The position numbers and the translations under genes were made by a program. From NCBI GenBank assembly GCA_009781445.1, contig WQYD01000001.1, forward strand, positions 4,960-68,959: a stretch of 64,000 nt of DNA, read 5' to 3'. This document shows, one piece after another, positions 39,801 through 47,700 of the stretch. A model generated the notes under the pieces. That model had not been told where the DNA came from, searched no databases, and saw only the letters and a program-made list of their open reading frames with translations. The first letter of the stretch is position 1, and the number at the start of each line of letters is the position of its first letter. The stretch is from Bacillota bacterium (GTDB taxonomy: Bacteria; Bacillota; Clostridia; Christensenellales; DTU072).

Positions 39801-39931
39801 CTTTCCTTAAGAAGTACAATAAATCTTACAAGCGTTCCTTGCAAGCACGCGGAATCAGCGAAGTTCCCAAAGGCAACCCCGAAGCGCGATCCAATCCCAA
39901 GGACATGAAGCAAAAGTTTAAGTATGACTAA
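33848..39931 (+). CDS. Giant surface protein (~2027 aa) with N-terminal signal peptide and C-terminal TM anchor plus a basic cytoplasmic tail
   Basis: The likely start is ATG 33848 (MAINRQIFKKTAIALIILVISALILAIGAFSA), not the ORF-track start at 33692. Extended -10 promoter at 33765-33793. Beta-rich, Ig-like sequence character. A coiled-coil-like segment lies near the C-terminus. TM anchor: LLMYITYSASAMFVMLLAVVIFMGV. Confidence 0.85.
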   Translation: MAINRQIFKKTAIALIILVISALILAIGAFSAGSFSANANTSANIPVFTLGAWNTADSGGSGGEVKIGEYINGACVTRAPIIGFALEKDSNGRLVIGSMNVPFVQFQYAERETIGVPSREEDWIPFGDWFADPDTGELEISSSFFIGGREFYKSYIYFRAVFNNSISRVTFICEEFLNLVVDSTANPDNYSIASVTATYESEFGDAPLPYNKDTHPWVGGAITFRITTKSPNTPVNIIYTLEGSVQADGTVKDPEWLYNAVEHKDEFGVTYYTVTVNETFSGDVIFASQSVGGDYTTAIIEHYFTIRVDLRYPAFRVSAYMLQNVYGDVTLNPEYKRGSVSPVSVRYVVTQLNPFDEHDNEITDPRRKGSDAKFFVSTGERNLGEFVWHEMERTGTEGNYVYFFTANQSLPIILFRGESSAGKCSTKDPSMNVSEYSFEARIDTRTPQINVTATDATSTAVRPLGTVVGDNSKVGYATDRVNFRIQLSNTSAETRNIYTVSIHLSRDGGASYELIGNINPSNPGAEVTIVFNAPVIGGEFLFEARSSAHIPNLIERKSSVNFGVSVLKSGYQMVLHQQPNINFAIWQKDAIELYFRVPNLFTNHADAVKEYSFHRRVAGASGDTGVRVDNAEWISFYEENEERFSVFKVLIDISLNSERIEFYARDGARNISNAYQTPLTRLDLEVPKAEINSYLYGDTTNKPLGANDWASGRVEIRLTPLSENISGLRCFVWEWINYSDGRGLKAQELPLVGGQFVYSIALAGTYWFIVESGAGHFVHKSTVINIDSSQITFDEIKVFGLDWSGTLPEEKQFDTVRSGITFTLTNKLGAGATVEFETNQKGRFTFYWEMSNSIQGFTGDYTHETNREHFIINPSLFPQLEGTVFFAFVLESRAVDRFGTKSESERLILRIDYDLEGFSIALRAQTDSGWQFEPIEFRIDIISATDISISAFQFRLIPNSGAIGNWRGADRKESNPNSPWHYEVSGQSIYFTFAGVDYGLPHMPNVPQGSAPPRGFNGHLEFRAINTAGTLSDNPVLTQQEVLIDDSVPNPFYAIVKTGEIVHNLDIWEIHSFATVRYENPRNSASSPLRHYAPVDYYFMPVADSPTVPSPIDIRKEEYLLSQTGANLAGEFYVFAQSVHISNRFSDVYRVRVVFGSVMPTATLNAVGGGAINVVTNMIEVDWSESATITIQVSSSTKVYVEYSIGNRTDWKQYRFEGDMAVDGTALHILFNHDTLINQFKMDGGMDATIYFRVRNLAGAYATFTAHDSVWVKMDVRTPFFRYDITNNDGQHLSASALSEWQNTHLFIRLFPVESAESDSAILDPKTANPGGVEYFYRVVTSAWSHEFWGKTPGDGTYLSTKADLGFNGIGSFRLYILARANKSSESYELYIDLKIDTVEADFDIIGEIEEGSLSNRRTITSGTWVAVDKVFISLKMNPLFTPVSEVKFHILETQDKVNQISLENYQDWNLATREINTLIRVYVAISSCSGKNVTIKYFDVNIDNVPPSIDGGGIVNALDAFGNIDRLKPNTYYIDRAITFVCSNLKYARYNNFPLQNGQVIGTNVVDNSNTGGIPGGKGGYVHIIVENMAGLRAELIFYMVPFELTVNTITTSPEHEDLLYHFEREFILNRDSLTGSRQAMFLSQINRLKDRVATLKALIRDYQAFLDRIDTQSLFTLIDDYPQMHEYINYFTTRDTSILYPKWLQDSIKEGDYARKFTRFEQRFDELHRLQRRVNDVQSEVAQLPATNIVARSDYSAILTVYNAYQSLNDIQKGVFLPTYFNKLQILWHEVHMLRLQVETEDGTISIDGDNLAGTASLVVSPKAKTAEFGEGVQRSLLESFSAGVPRAVIFITELGLEGIGSEANTGTVRINLPIPEEFRNYKNFTVYRVTTDISITAVSVAHLDAGGNHISFSVANLYHPSSIFVLAVEAEVDRMPASTLSYGSIGDIEIDGTLLMYITYSASAMFVMLLAVVIFMGVKHRAFLKKYNKSYKRSLQARGISEVPKGNPEARSNPKDMKQKFKYD

Positions 39932-40053
39932 TTTATCGGGATAAGGGGGTTGATGCTTTGTCAATCCAATAAATTTGCGCAGTCGTTTACGATTAGTAAA
40001 GTCCTTTGCAAATTTATTGATTTCCGCGCCTGAACCCCCTTCTGCCGATAAAT
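39931..40053. repeat. ~120-nt imperfect palindrome immediately after the stop of the 2027-aa gene
   Basis: ATTTATCGG/CCGATAAAT, GGGGGTT/AACCCCC and AATAAATTTGC/GCAAATTTATT arm pairs. Confidence 0.7.
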
Positions 40054-40087
40054 TACCCCTGCATATACAAAGTTGAAGTTGGAAAAC

Positions 40088-40149
40088 AATTCCACCACTG
40101 TGCGCTGTGCGCTGTGCGCTGTGCGTTGTGCGCTGTGCGTTGTGCGCTG
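40088..40149. repeat. AATTCCACCACT junction + [GTGCGCT/GTGCGTT]x7, ending 10 nt before the rmuC ATG
   Basis: Read directly. Confidence 0.95.
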
Positions 40150-40159
40150 AAAGAAATCA

Positions 40160-41341
40160 ATGATTGAGGCAATAATTGCAATTTTAATATTCTTAGCTGT
40201 TCTGCAATTTGCGGTTATTTTTCTTCTCTTTAAAAGCCAAGGTGATATTAGAAATGAACTTAAGAGTACGCTTAAGGATATAATGACTGATAGTTCTTTA
40301 AAACTTGATAAAATTAGGGATAACACAGCGGAACAGCTTGAGAAAATGAGGGATAATAGCGGGGCGCAACTTGATAAGATTAGGTTGGCGGTAGACGATA
40401 AGCTGGATAAAATGCGCGAGGATAGCGAAAAACAGCTTAATATAATTAAGAGTTCGGTGGAAGAAAAACTTGAAAAAACCTTGTCTGAAAGGCTTGAAAC
40501 GGCGTTTAAAACGGTTTACGGAAGCCTTGAGGGTTTGCAAAAGTCCTTGGGGGCAATGCAGGAACTTTCGGGCGGTGTTAATGATTTAAAGAAAGCCCTA
40601 ACCAATATTAAAACGCGTGGTACTTGGGGCGAAGTTTCGCTTGAGGCAATTTTATCAGATATTTTAACCCCCGAACAATATGAAAAGAATGCCAATGTGG
40701 GTGGCGCAGGCTGTAGGGAAAGGGTGGATTTTGCAATAAGATTGCCGGGGGCAGAGGGCGAAACGATTTATTTGCCCATAGATGTCAAGTTCCCCATTGC
40801 GGATTATGAAAGGCTTTTTGAGGCTTCGCTGGCAGGGGAAAAGGAAAGCTATAACGAAAGTTTAAAGCAACTTATTTCCACGGTTAGGTTTGAAGCAAAG
40901 AAGATTCATGATAAGTATATAACCGCAAAAACCACGGATTTCGCCGTTATGTATCTGCCGATTGAGGGGCTTTATGCGGAAATTTTGAAGCAAAGCGGGC
41001 TTATTGACGAAATTCAGCAAAAATATAAGGTTATTCCCGCAGGGCCCACCAATATATCCGCCATGCTTTCCACCGTGAGAATGGGCTTTAAAACTCTTGC
41101 AATCCAAAAGCATTCACGAGAGATTTACGATGTCTTGGCGGTGTTCAGAAAGGAATTTGAAAGGTTCACAGAAATTATGGCAAAGGCGCAAGGGCAATTA
41201 AGCACCGCGTCAAAAAGCCTTGAAGAGGCAGGAAGAAAAACCGAGGCGATTACAAAAAAACTTTCACGGCTTGATACGATAGCCGTACCCGAAGACGCCG
41301 ATGCGCCAGAGGAAATCACATTAACAAGGGGGGCAGGTTAA
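40160..41341 (+). CDS. rmuC: DNA recombination protein RmuC
   Basis: N-terminal TM segment, coiled-coil repeats (LDKIRDN.../LEKMRDN.../LDKMRED...), then TRGTWGE...DFAIRLPG...LPIDVKFP, characteristic of RmuC. Confidence 0.9.
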   Translation: MIEAIIAILIFLAVLQFAVIFLLFKSQGDIRNELKSTLKDIMTDSSLKLDKIRDNTAEQLEKMRDNSGAQLDKIRLAVDDKLDKMREDSEKQLNIIKSSVEEKLEKTLSERLETAFKTVYGSLEGLQKSLGAMQELSGGVNDLKKALTNIKTRGTWGEVSLEAILSDILTPEQYEKNANVGGAGCRERVDFAIRLPGAEGETIYLPIDVKFPIADYERLFEASLAGEKESYNESLKQLISTVRFEAKKIHDKYITAKTTDFAVMYLPIEGLYAEILKQSGLIDEIQQKYKVIPAGPTNISAMLSTVRMGFKTLAIQKHSREIYDVLAVFRKEFERFTEIMAKAQGQLSTASKSLEEAGRKTEAITKKLSRLDTIAVPEDADAPEEITLTRGAG

Positions 41342-41346
41342 GCCAA

Positions 41347-42888
41347 ATGAAAGAACCAAAGAATATTAACGAAACAAGAATCCAAAATTTAGAACCCGTA
41401 AAGCCTGAGGACAAAGTTCCTTTTTCCGAAAAACTTTGGTACGGCATAGGTGATTTGTACGGCGGTGGCAATGCCACAATGATTGCTTTAATCCTGCTTA
41501 TCTTTTTCACCGATGTGGTGGGGTTGCTTCCCTTCCTTGCAGGTTTGGTTATCATGGTTGCCAAGTTTGCAGATGCGTTTTCTGATCCCTTTGTGGGGGT
41601 TATAAGCGATAATATCAGGGGAAAATTTGCGGATAAATACGGCAGAAGAAAGCCCTTTATGTTTATCGGCGGTTTAATCATTATCCCCTCTCTTTTAATG
41701 ATTTTTGCGCCCATTCACCAAGTTACGGATAATCAAGCGGTTAAAACCATTTATATGCTTGTGGCTTATGTGATTTATTGCATAGTTACCACCGTGGCGC
41801 AAGTGCCTTATACGGCAATGGCAAATGAAATTTCCCTTGACTACCGCGAAAGGGATAGTGCGAATTTTTACAAACTTATCTTTAATATGGTAGCCGCCGC
41901 GGTTTGCTACTTAGTGCCAAGCCTGCTTTATGAAGCGTATCAGGACGGAAAGATTGGTTTTTACACCTTTTATATCGTTATTTCAGTGGGAATAGGCGCG
42001 CTTTTCACCATTCCGCTGTGTATCGCCGCCCTTGTGGTTAAGGAAAGAGTGCCGTATTCCAAGGAAAAAACCAAATTTGACATTAAAAAGTGGTTCAAAA
42101 GTTTTAAAATTAAATCCTTTAAGTACCATATATTTATGTACATTGCAGGCTTCCTTTGCATGGATATCGTTTCCGCGCTTGCGCTTTATTACAGCGGAAT
42201 TATCTTAGTGGGGCAAACAATTAGCATTTTTGGAAATTCCATTGAACTTCAATCCACATTTATCATTGCGCCAATGATGGTGGTGGCAGGCATTAGCATT
42301 CTCTTTTACCTTAAAGTTATCAAAACGCGCCCCAAGCAATTCGGTTACCGCCTTGGCTTACCGCTTTACATAATCGGCGGTATCGGCATTGCGATTTGGC
42401 AACCGGGGTGGAATCCTTTCTTGCCCACAATTTTCGCCATGATAATGGGTGTGGGGCTTGGCGGTGCGCAAATGATGCCTTGGCTTATCTTCCCCGATGT
42501 TATAGATGCCGCCGAGTTGCGCCTTGGTTACCGCCCTACAGGTAGTTTTAGCAGTATGATGACACTTGCACGAAAACTTGCCACAGCCTTTGCCTTGCAA
42601 CTTGTGGGAATCGTGCTTTCAATAGCGGGCTACCGCGAGGCACAGCAAGGGCAATCCATGGTTGCGGATCAGCCTGCCTCTGTTATCCTTGCAATAAGGG
42701 TAATGTTCGGCGCGTCTATCACCGTGCTGATTTCATGGGCAATTTATTCTTCGCTTAAATATAAGGTAACAAATCACAAACTTTTAAGGCTAAGATATTT
42801 CACCGAACTTCAGCGCGAGGGCAGAATTAAAGAACTCACGCGTGAGGAAAGGGAAGAAAGAGTTCTTCTCATGAAAGAATTAACTTAA
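41347..42888 (+). CDS. GPH-family (glycoside-pentoside-hexuronide):cation symporter
   Basis: KLWYGIGDLYGGG..., DAFSDPFVGVISDN...GRRKPFMFIG signature and ~12 TM segments. It starts 5 nt after the rmuC stop. Confidence 0.85.
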   Translation: MKEPKNINETRIQNLEPVKPEDKVPFSEKLWYGIGDLYGGGNATMIALILLIFFTDVVGLLPFLAGLVIMVAKFADAFSDPFVGVISDNIRGKFADKYGRRKPFMFIGGLIIIPSLLMIFAPIHQVTDNQAVKTIYMLVAYVIYCIVTTVAQVPYTAMANEISLDYRERDSANFYKLIFNMVAAAVCYLVPSLLYEAYQDGKIGFYTFYIVISVGIGALFTIPLCIAALVVKERVPYSKEKTKFDIKKWFKSFKIKSFKYHIFMYIAGFLCMDIVSALALYYSGIILVGQTISIFGNSIELQSTFIIAPMMVVAGISILFYLKVIKTRPKQFGYRLGLPLYIIGGIGIAIWQPGWNPFLPTIFAMIMGVGLGGAQMMPWLIFPDVIDAAELRLGYRPTGSFSSMMTLARKLATAFALQLVGIVLSIAGYREAQQGQSMVADQPASVILAIRVMFGASITVLISWAIYSSLKYKVTNHKLLRLRYFTELQREGRIKELTREEREERVLLMKELT

Positions 42889-42933
42889 TTATAAATTTAC
42901 GCAGTAAAAGAATTTATATAGTAAAAACTTGGT

Positions 42934-43575
42934 ATGCTTACACCTATTGAAATAAGGGCAATTTTAAATAAAAAAACCGTGGCTGTTATCGGCGCGGGCG
43001 GTTTGGGTGGCTTTGTTCTTGAATCCCTTGCAAGGCTAAATTTCAAAGAAATCAGAATTTTTGACGGTGATTCTTTTAGTGAAAGCAACTTAGATCGTCA
43101 GCTTTATTCAAATATAAATAACTTAAGCCAAATGAAGGCGGAAGAGGGCGCGAAAAGGATTAGCCTGATATCAAAAGATATTAGAGTTAAGGTTTACACT
43201 CTCATGTTTTTAGAAAAGCACGCCCCCTTACTTGAGGGCGCAGATATAGTGTTTGATTGCACGGATAATATAGCCACGCGCTTTATCCTTGAAGCTGTGT
43301 GCGAAAGGCTGAATATCCCCCTTGTCCACGGCGCAATAAATGACACAATGGGGCAAATTTCCTTAATTCTGCCCAAGGATAGCACAATTTCGCGCCTTTA
43401 TAAAAATCAACAAAACGAAAAGAACAAAACTCTTGCCTTTATCCCCTCAGCCACCGCTTCCCTAATGGTTAGCGAAGGCGTTAAGCACCTCACCGCCCAA
43501 GGCGAAACCCTAAGCGGTGGCAAGATTTTAATAATTGATTTTTTAACAAACGACTTCCGAATCTTAAAGGTTTAA
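42934..43575 (+). CDS. ThiF/MoeB/HesA-family E1-like adenylyltransferase
   Basis: VAVIGAGGLGG Rossmann motif, then DGDSFSESNLDRQ. Length is 213 aa. Confidence 0.8.
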   Translation: MLTPIEIRAILNKKTVAVIGAGGLGGFVLESLARLNFKEIRIFDGDSFSESNLDRQLYSNINNLSQMKAEEGAKRISLISKDIRVKVYTLMFLEKHAPLLEGADIVFDCTDNIATRFILEAVCERLNIPLVHGAINDTMGQISLILPKDSTISRLYKNQQNEKNKTLAFIPSATASLMVSEGVKHLTAQGETLSGGKILIIDFLTNDFRILKV

Positions 43576-43785
43576 AAAAATTCCCCTACAAGAAAAACCG
43601 CGCCATTCCGCTATCGCCATTTGATAGCACACTCTAAATACCGCGACAAGGAAAATCGCACTTTTCCGCTGTCGCCCCTTAAGGCTTTAAGACGCAAAGC
43701 GCGCGCAAAAGCCCGAAAAGGGGTGAATTTCGCTTTAGCGAAAGAGGGGAAAATCGGCGAGTATCACGAGTATTTTTCCCCTAAG

Positions 43786-43824
43786 CAGAACAGCGAAAAA
43801 TCCGCAGGATTTTTAGTTGTTCTG
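43786..43824 (-). terminator. Hairpin directly after the MoaD-like gene stop (possible bidirectional terminator)
   Basis: CAGAACA...AAAAATCC-GCA-GGATTTTT...TGTTCTG. Confidence 0.45.
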
Positions 43825-43826
43825 AA

Positions 43827-44093
43827 TCAGCCCCCCGACACGGGTGACATGAGTACAATTTCGTCCCCTGCTTTAAGTTTTGTGGCTTGCCTTTTTAGCT
43901 TATAAATGTTAATGCCGTTCACAAAGGTTATGTAATCCTTTAAGTCTTTTGCCGTAGGCGCGTTTTCAATGCCCTTGGCTTTTAAGTCGGCTTCCACAGC
44001 TTCGTAAGCCTTTTTAACCGTCTTTGCTTCCACTTCCACGCTTGCAATCTTCGTTTCAAGCCTTAATACCCCAAAAAATTTCACTTTAACCAT
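43827..44093 (-). CDS. MoaD/ThiS-family ubiquitin-like sulfur-carrier protein (C-terminal GG)
   Basis: ~88 aa ending ...GDEIVLMSPVSGG. AAGGAAG SD lies 7 nt upstream of ATG 44093 (the ORF track begins 6 nt earlier at TTG). Confidence 0.7.
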   Translation of the reverse strand: MVKVKFFGVLRLETKIASVEVEAKTVKKAYEAVEADLKAKGIENAPTAKDLKDYITFVNGINIYKLKRQATKLKAGDEIVLMSPVSGG

Positions 44094-44127
44094 AATCAAT
44101 CTTCCTTATAAATATGCGCGCGCGCTT

Positions 44128-46044
44128 TTAAACCGTGGTGTCAAGTTTTAGCTTTTTAATCAGCTTTTTGGGCGGAACGCCGTCTTTACCCCAACCCCTC
44201 ATTAAATAGTACCTTTTTTTCATAAATTCAAGCGGAACGAATGATTTTTTGTCGCTTGCGTCTTGAAGTTCGTGGGTTAAGCGTTTTGGCAGAGTGTCGT
44301 CCTCAGCTTTAAGCCCAAGCCTTATATTAACTATGCGTTCCATATTGTAACCGCGTTCGCCAATCCTTATAAATTTACCCATATTCAGCTTGCTTCCTGT
44401 GGCGTGCTTGCAGGCTATTGCGTGGGGTAACATTGCGGAAAGGTTTAATGCCAAAAGTTCGGGCTTTTTGCCTGCGAAATAAAGAACACCGCCAAGATAG
44501 GGCGCAAGTTTATTAACCGTTCTTGTGATAAAACTATTGGGTTTTTTAATCATAAACCCGGGGACAAAGCAATACACGGTAAATAAGCAGTTTCCGCCTG
44601 CGCTAACCGCTTCCATAATATTTTGGAAAAGCGTGGTTAAAGAAGCCTTGCCCTTGGGGGTTCTCGGATTTGCTGAAAGCCCCAAGCCCTCGGCAAACAC
44701 AAGGTAGCCTGCATTTAGGTGGCAACCGCCACGGTTAGCAACCGCGTAGCCAAGCCCTTGCCCCACCGCACTGCGCGGTTCGTATGCGCTAAGTTCAAGC
44801 CCCTTGCTGTGTGGCGCAAAATCTTTTCCGCCAAACTTTTCACTCATGCGCTTCACGCCTTCTGCAAGTTCGTTGCCCCTTTCGGTGGATCTTTCGCCCA
44901 TTTCAATAATTGCGTCAAGCACATTATCGGTTTCGCCGAATTTAAGCCCGCTGTCCCAAAGCCCTTTTTCATTAAGTTCCATGGCAAATGAAATAACGCC
45001 TGAGGCGGAAATTGTATCCATACCCAATTCGTCCATTTCATAATTCCAACGGATAATTTTTTCTAAATCGTTATTCAAAATTCCTGCACCGAGAAGCCCT
45101 ATAATTTCAACCTCAGGGCCTTTGATTAACTTGCCGTTAAGTTCCACTGCGCGCGCGCATTGAATGGGGCAGGATTTACAGCTTTTGCCCTTAGCGTCCT
45201 TTCTGTGGAAATTTTCAGCGAGATAATCACCGCTAAGTTTTTCATAATCCTCATATTGCCCTTTGGCAAAGTTCTTTGTGGCAAGCATATGCTTCATTTG
45301 CATGGCGGTTAAAAGCCCTGCCGTGCCGAGTTGGGGAAGCTGTTTGCCCGTGAGAGGGTGATCTTTAAGTGCCTTAACCCACTTTTTATTGAATTCTTGA
45401 AGTTTTTCTTTATCGTAAGCCTCAGGGCCTTTTTTACCGCTTGCGGTTACCGCCTTAAGGTTCTTACTGCCGAAAACCGCACCAAGCCCCCCTCTGCCCG
45501 CCGCTCTTTCCTCATTTATAATGCACGCGTAGCGAACCAATTTTTCACCCGCAGGCCCGATAACAAGTTTTCCGCACCTTCCGCCGATTTTAGTTTGAAC
45601 TTCACTTGTGTGCAAACCCCAAAGCGAATCTGCGTTTTTAAATTCCACGCCTTCGTCTGTAATTTGCAAAAGGGTTTTTTCCTCAGCTTTTCCTGTGATA
45701 ATAACCGCGTCATATCCTGCTTTCTTCAAATTGATTCCGAAATCGCCACCGCAGTTGCTTGAAGTTAAAAGCCCTGTAAGCGGTGAAACTGCCGAAATGT
45801 TAAAGCGGGAAGAAGAGGGCGCAGGCATTCCGTTAAGCGGGCTTGTGCTGATAACAACCATGTTATTTTCGTCATAAGCGTCTATCTTTTCAAAAAGATT
45901 ATCATAAAAGATTTTTGAAGCCATTATCTTTCCGCCCAAAAACAATTCGCGTTGCTTTTCAGAAAAAGGATAATCCGCGATAGTTTTATCGGTAAGGTTA
46001 ATTTTTATCACCTTGCCCGTGTACGCGCCGAGTTTTTTTGCCAT
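44128..46044 (-). CDS. Aldehyde:ferredoxin oxidoreductase (tungsten/molybdopterin AOR family)
   Basis: N-terminal GKVIKINLTD...FLGGK, typical of AOR. A CxxCxxxC-type segment (CKSCPIQCAR). Full-length family character. The true start is ATG 46044 (MAKKLGAYTG); the ORF-track N-terminal extension merely reads through a GCGCACA array. Confidence 0.88.
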   Translation of the reverse strand: MAKKLGAYTGKVIKINLTDKTIADYPFSEKQRELFLGGKIMASKIFYDNLFEKIDAYDENNMVVISTSPLNGMPAPSSSRFNISAVSPLTGLLTSSNCGGDFGINLKKAGYDAVIITGKAEEKTLLQITDEGVEFKNADSLWGLHTSEVQTKIGGRCGKLVIGPAGEKLVRYACIINEERAAGRGGLGAVFGSKNLKAVTASGKKGPEAYDKEKLQEFNKKWVKALKDHPLTGKQLPQLGTAGLLTAMQMKHMLATKNFAKGQYEDYEKLSGDYLAENFHRKDAKGKSCKSCPIQCARAVELNGKLIKGPEVEIIGLLGAGILNNDLEKIIRWNYEMDELGMDTISASGVISFAMELNEKGLWDSGLKFGETDNVLDAIIEMGERSTERGNELAEGVKRMSEKFGGKDFAPHSKGLELSAYEPRSAVGQGLGYAVANRGGCHLNAGYLVFAEGLGLSANPRTPKGKASLTTLFQNIMEAVSAGGNCLFTVYCFVPGFMIKKPNSFITRTVNKLAPYLGGVLYFAGKKPELLALNLSAMLPHAIACKHATGSKLNMGKFIRIGERGYNMERIVNIRLGLKAEDDTLPKRLTHELQDASDKKSFVPLEFMKKRYYLMRGWGKDGVPPKKLIKKLKLDTTV

Positions 46045-46086
46045 ATGTAATATACCCCCGTTTTTTTTATAATTAAGAATTACTTT

Positions 46087-46235
46087 CAGCGCACAGCGCA
46101 CAATGCACAGCGCACAATGGTGGATTCTAAATCTCATTAAGATATACTCTTAATAAAATATTCCACAATTTATATTTTATATTTCATATTTTATATTTTT
46201 CCATAGTCATTGTGCGCTGTGCGTTGTGCGCTGTG
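46087..46235. repeat. [CAGCGCA]x4+core (46119-46140) - ATTCCACAATT - [TATATTT]x4 - [GTGCGCT]x3
   Basis: Intergenic between the U32 and AOR genes. The terminal arrays are inverted. Confidence 0.95.
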
Positions 46236-46258
46236 TAACGCATTCTGCGTTACTTACA

Positions 46259-47488
46259 TTATACCATGTGTTCGCGCAAAATATCGCCCTTTTTAAGATT
46301 AAAAGGGCAATCAATATATAATATTTGTTGCACAAGTTTGCAATCCCCAACCGCATTGCCTTTTTCGTCAGTTATTTTGGTAAGTTTAAACGGTTTATTA
46401 AAGTTTTCAGAGGGGCTTAGAATGTTCACCGTGTCGCCAAGTTTAAACCTGTTCCGCATTTCGCATTTGATTGTGTAAGGGTTATTTTTATCAGCATTCT
46501 CTTTAGAATCTTCAAGCACAACCGCCAAAAACGAAGCACCGCTTTCCTGCCCGCCATTGAGGTTCACTGTTTCTGTGTTGTCGCCCAAAAGGTAAGCATT
46601 TGTGTAACCGCGGTTTACCACCTTGTTCAATTCATTGAGATATAGTTGCCCGTTTATCAGCTTTCTGTTACCCAAAACCTCATTTAGCGCACGGCGGTAA
46701 GCGTTTACCACAGTTGCCAAGTAGTATTCACTTTTCATGCGCCCCTCAATTTTAAATGAGGCAACGCCTGCGTCAATTAAATCATTCAAGTGTTCCACCA
46801 AGCACAAATCTTTTGAATTTAAAAGATAAGTTCCTCTTTTATCTTCCTCAATCAAAAGGGCATCGCCGTCTTTTTCGCTTTTTAAGCCAAATTGCCAACG
46901 GCAAGCCTGCACGCATTCACCGCGGTTAGCATCGCGCTTTGATAGGTAATTGCTAAGCAAGCACCTTCCGCTGTACGAAATACACATTGCGCCATGCACA
47001 AAAACTTCCGTTTCAATCTGCGAAAATCCGCTGATTTCCTTAATTTCCTTTAAATTTAACTCTCTTGCCAAAACCACGCGCTTAGCACCCATTTCGGCGT
47101 AACTTCTCACGGCAAATTTATTTAGCGTGTTTGCCTGCGTTGAAATGTGGATTTTTAATTTTGGCGCAACCTCTTTGCAAAGAGAAAATAGCCCTAAATC
47201 CGTTATCAAAACCGCGTCTACCCCCGCGCTTTCCAAAAACCTAAATTGCTTTTCGCATTTATCAAAATCGTCATTCTTTGCAAAAATGTTTACTGTGGCA
47301 TAAAGTTTTTTATTTAGCTTTTTTGCATAGTCGCAAGCAAGCAAAATTTCGTCATTGTCTAAATTGCCCGCGTAAGCCCTCAGCGAAAAATCCTTACCCC
47401 CAAAATACACCGCATCCGCGCCGTAATAAAAAACCAACTTAAGTTTTTCAAGATTGCCCGCCGGGGCAAGAAGTTCACACTTGTTCAT
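46259..47488 (-). CDS. Peptidase U32 family protein (YegQ/TrhP-like)
   Basis: MNKCELLAPAGNLEKLKLVFYYGADAVYFGG N-terminus, plus ISTQ and E..VHGAMC.SYSGRC motifs typical of U32. Confidence 0.9.
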   Translation of the reverse strand: MNKCELLAPAGNLEKLKLVFYYGADAVYFGGKDFSLRAYAGNLDNDEILLACDYAKKLNKKLYATVNIFAKNDDFDKCEKQFRFLESAGVDAVLITDLGLFSLCKEVAPKLKIHISTQANTLNKFAVRSYAEMGAKRVVLARELNLKEIKEISGFSQIETEVFVHGAMCISYSGRCLLSNYLSKRDANRGECVQACRWQFGLKSEKDGDALLIEEDKRGTYLLNSKDLCLVEHLNDLIDAGVASFKIEGRMKSEYYLATVVNAYRRALNEVLGNRKLINGQLYLNELNKVVNRGYTNAYLLGDNTETVNLNGGQESGASFLAVVLEDSKENADKNNPYTIKCEMRNRFKLGDTVNILSPSENFNKPFKLTKITDEKGNAVGDCKLVQQILYIDCPFNLKKGDILREHMV

Positions 47489-47499
47489 AATTTACAAAC

Positions 47500-47529
47500 A
47501 TTTTAGCACTTTTTATTGGCTAAAGTCAA
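47500..47529 (-). promoter_or_regulatory. Promoter TTGACT-18-TGcTAAAAT for the U32 gene; the ATG is 11 nt after the -10 (very short leader, no SD)
   Basis: Minus-strand hexamers correspond to plus-strand 47524-47529 and 47500-47505. Confidence 0.5.
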
Positions 47530-47558
47530 TGCGAATTATGTAACAGACAATAGTGCTT

Positions 47559-47660
47559 AAATATAAAATATAAAATAAAAAATATAAGTTGAGGAATCTA
47601 AATCTCATTAATAAATAAATCCGCAATTCTGAATTCTGAATTCTTAATTCTGAATTAATC
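47559..47660. repeat. [AAATATA]x4 + core variant GAGGAATCTAAATCTCATTAAT (47591-47612) + AATCCGCA-[ATTCTGA/ATTCTTA]x4
   Basis: Lies between the divergent U32 and trxB promoters. Confidence 0.95.
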
Positions 47661-47665
47661 AATAG

Positions 47666-47694
47666 TTGAAAATTAGTTTCTTATAGTGTATAAT
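47666..47694 (+). promoter_or_regulatory. Consensus promoter TTGAAA-17-TATAAT ending 6 nt before the trxB ATG (leaderless-type)
   Basis: Hexamers at 47666-47671 and 47689-47694. ATG at 47701. No SD. Confidence 0.65.
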
Positions 47695-47700
47695 TCCATT

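Noticed and set aside
43621-43905. 94-aa ORF in the convergent gap between the ThiF-like and MoaD-like genes.
   Set aside because: It overlaps the MoaD-like gene and a terminator hairpin, has no SD sequence, and the peptide is basic and low-complexity.
46045-46137. N-terminal ORF extensions running through repeat arrays or upstream sequence: the AOR gene to 46137, the 62911 ORF to 63708 and the giant gene from 33692.
   Set aside because: Internal ATGs with SD sequences or a signal peptide (46044, 63600, 33848) give family-typical N-termini. The extensions encode repeat-derived or non-hydrophobic junk.
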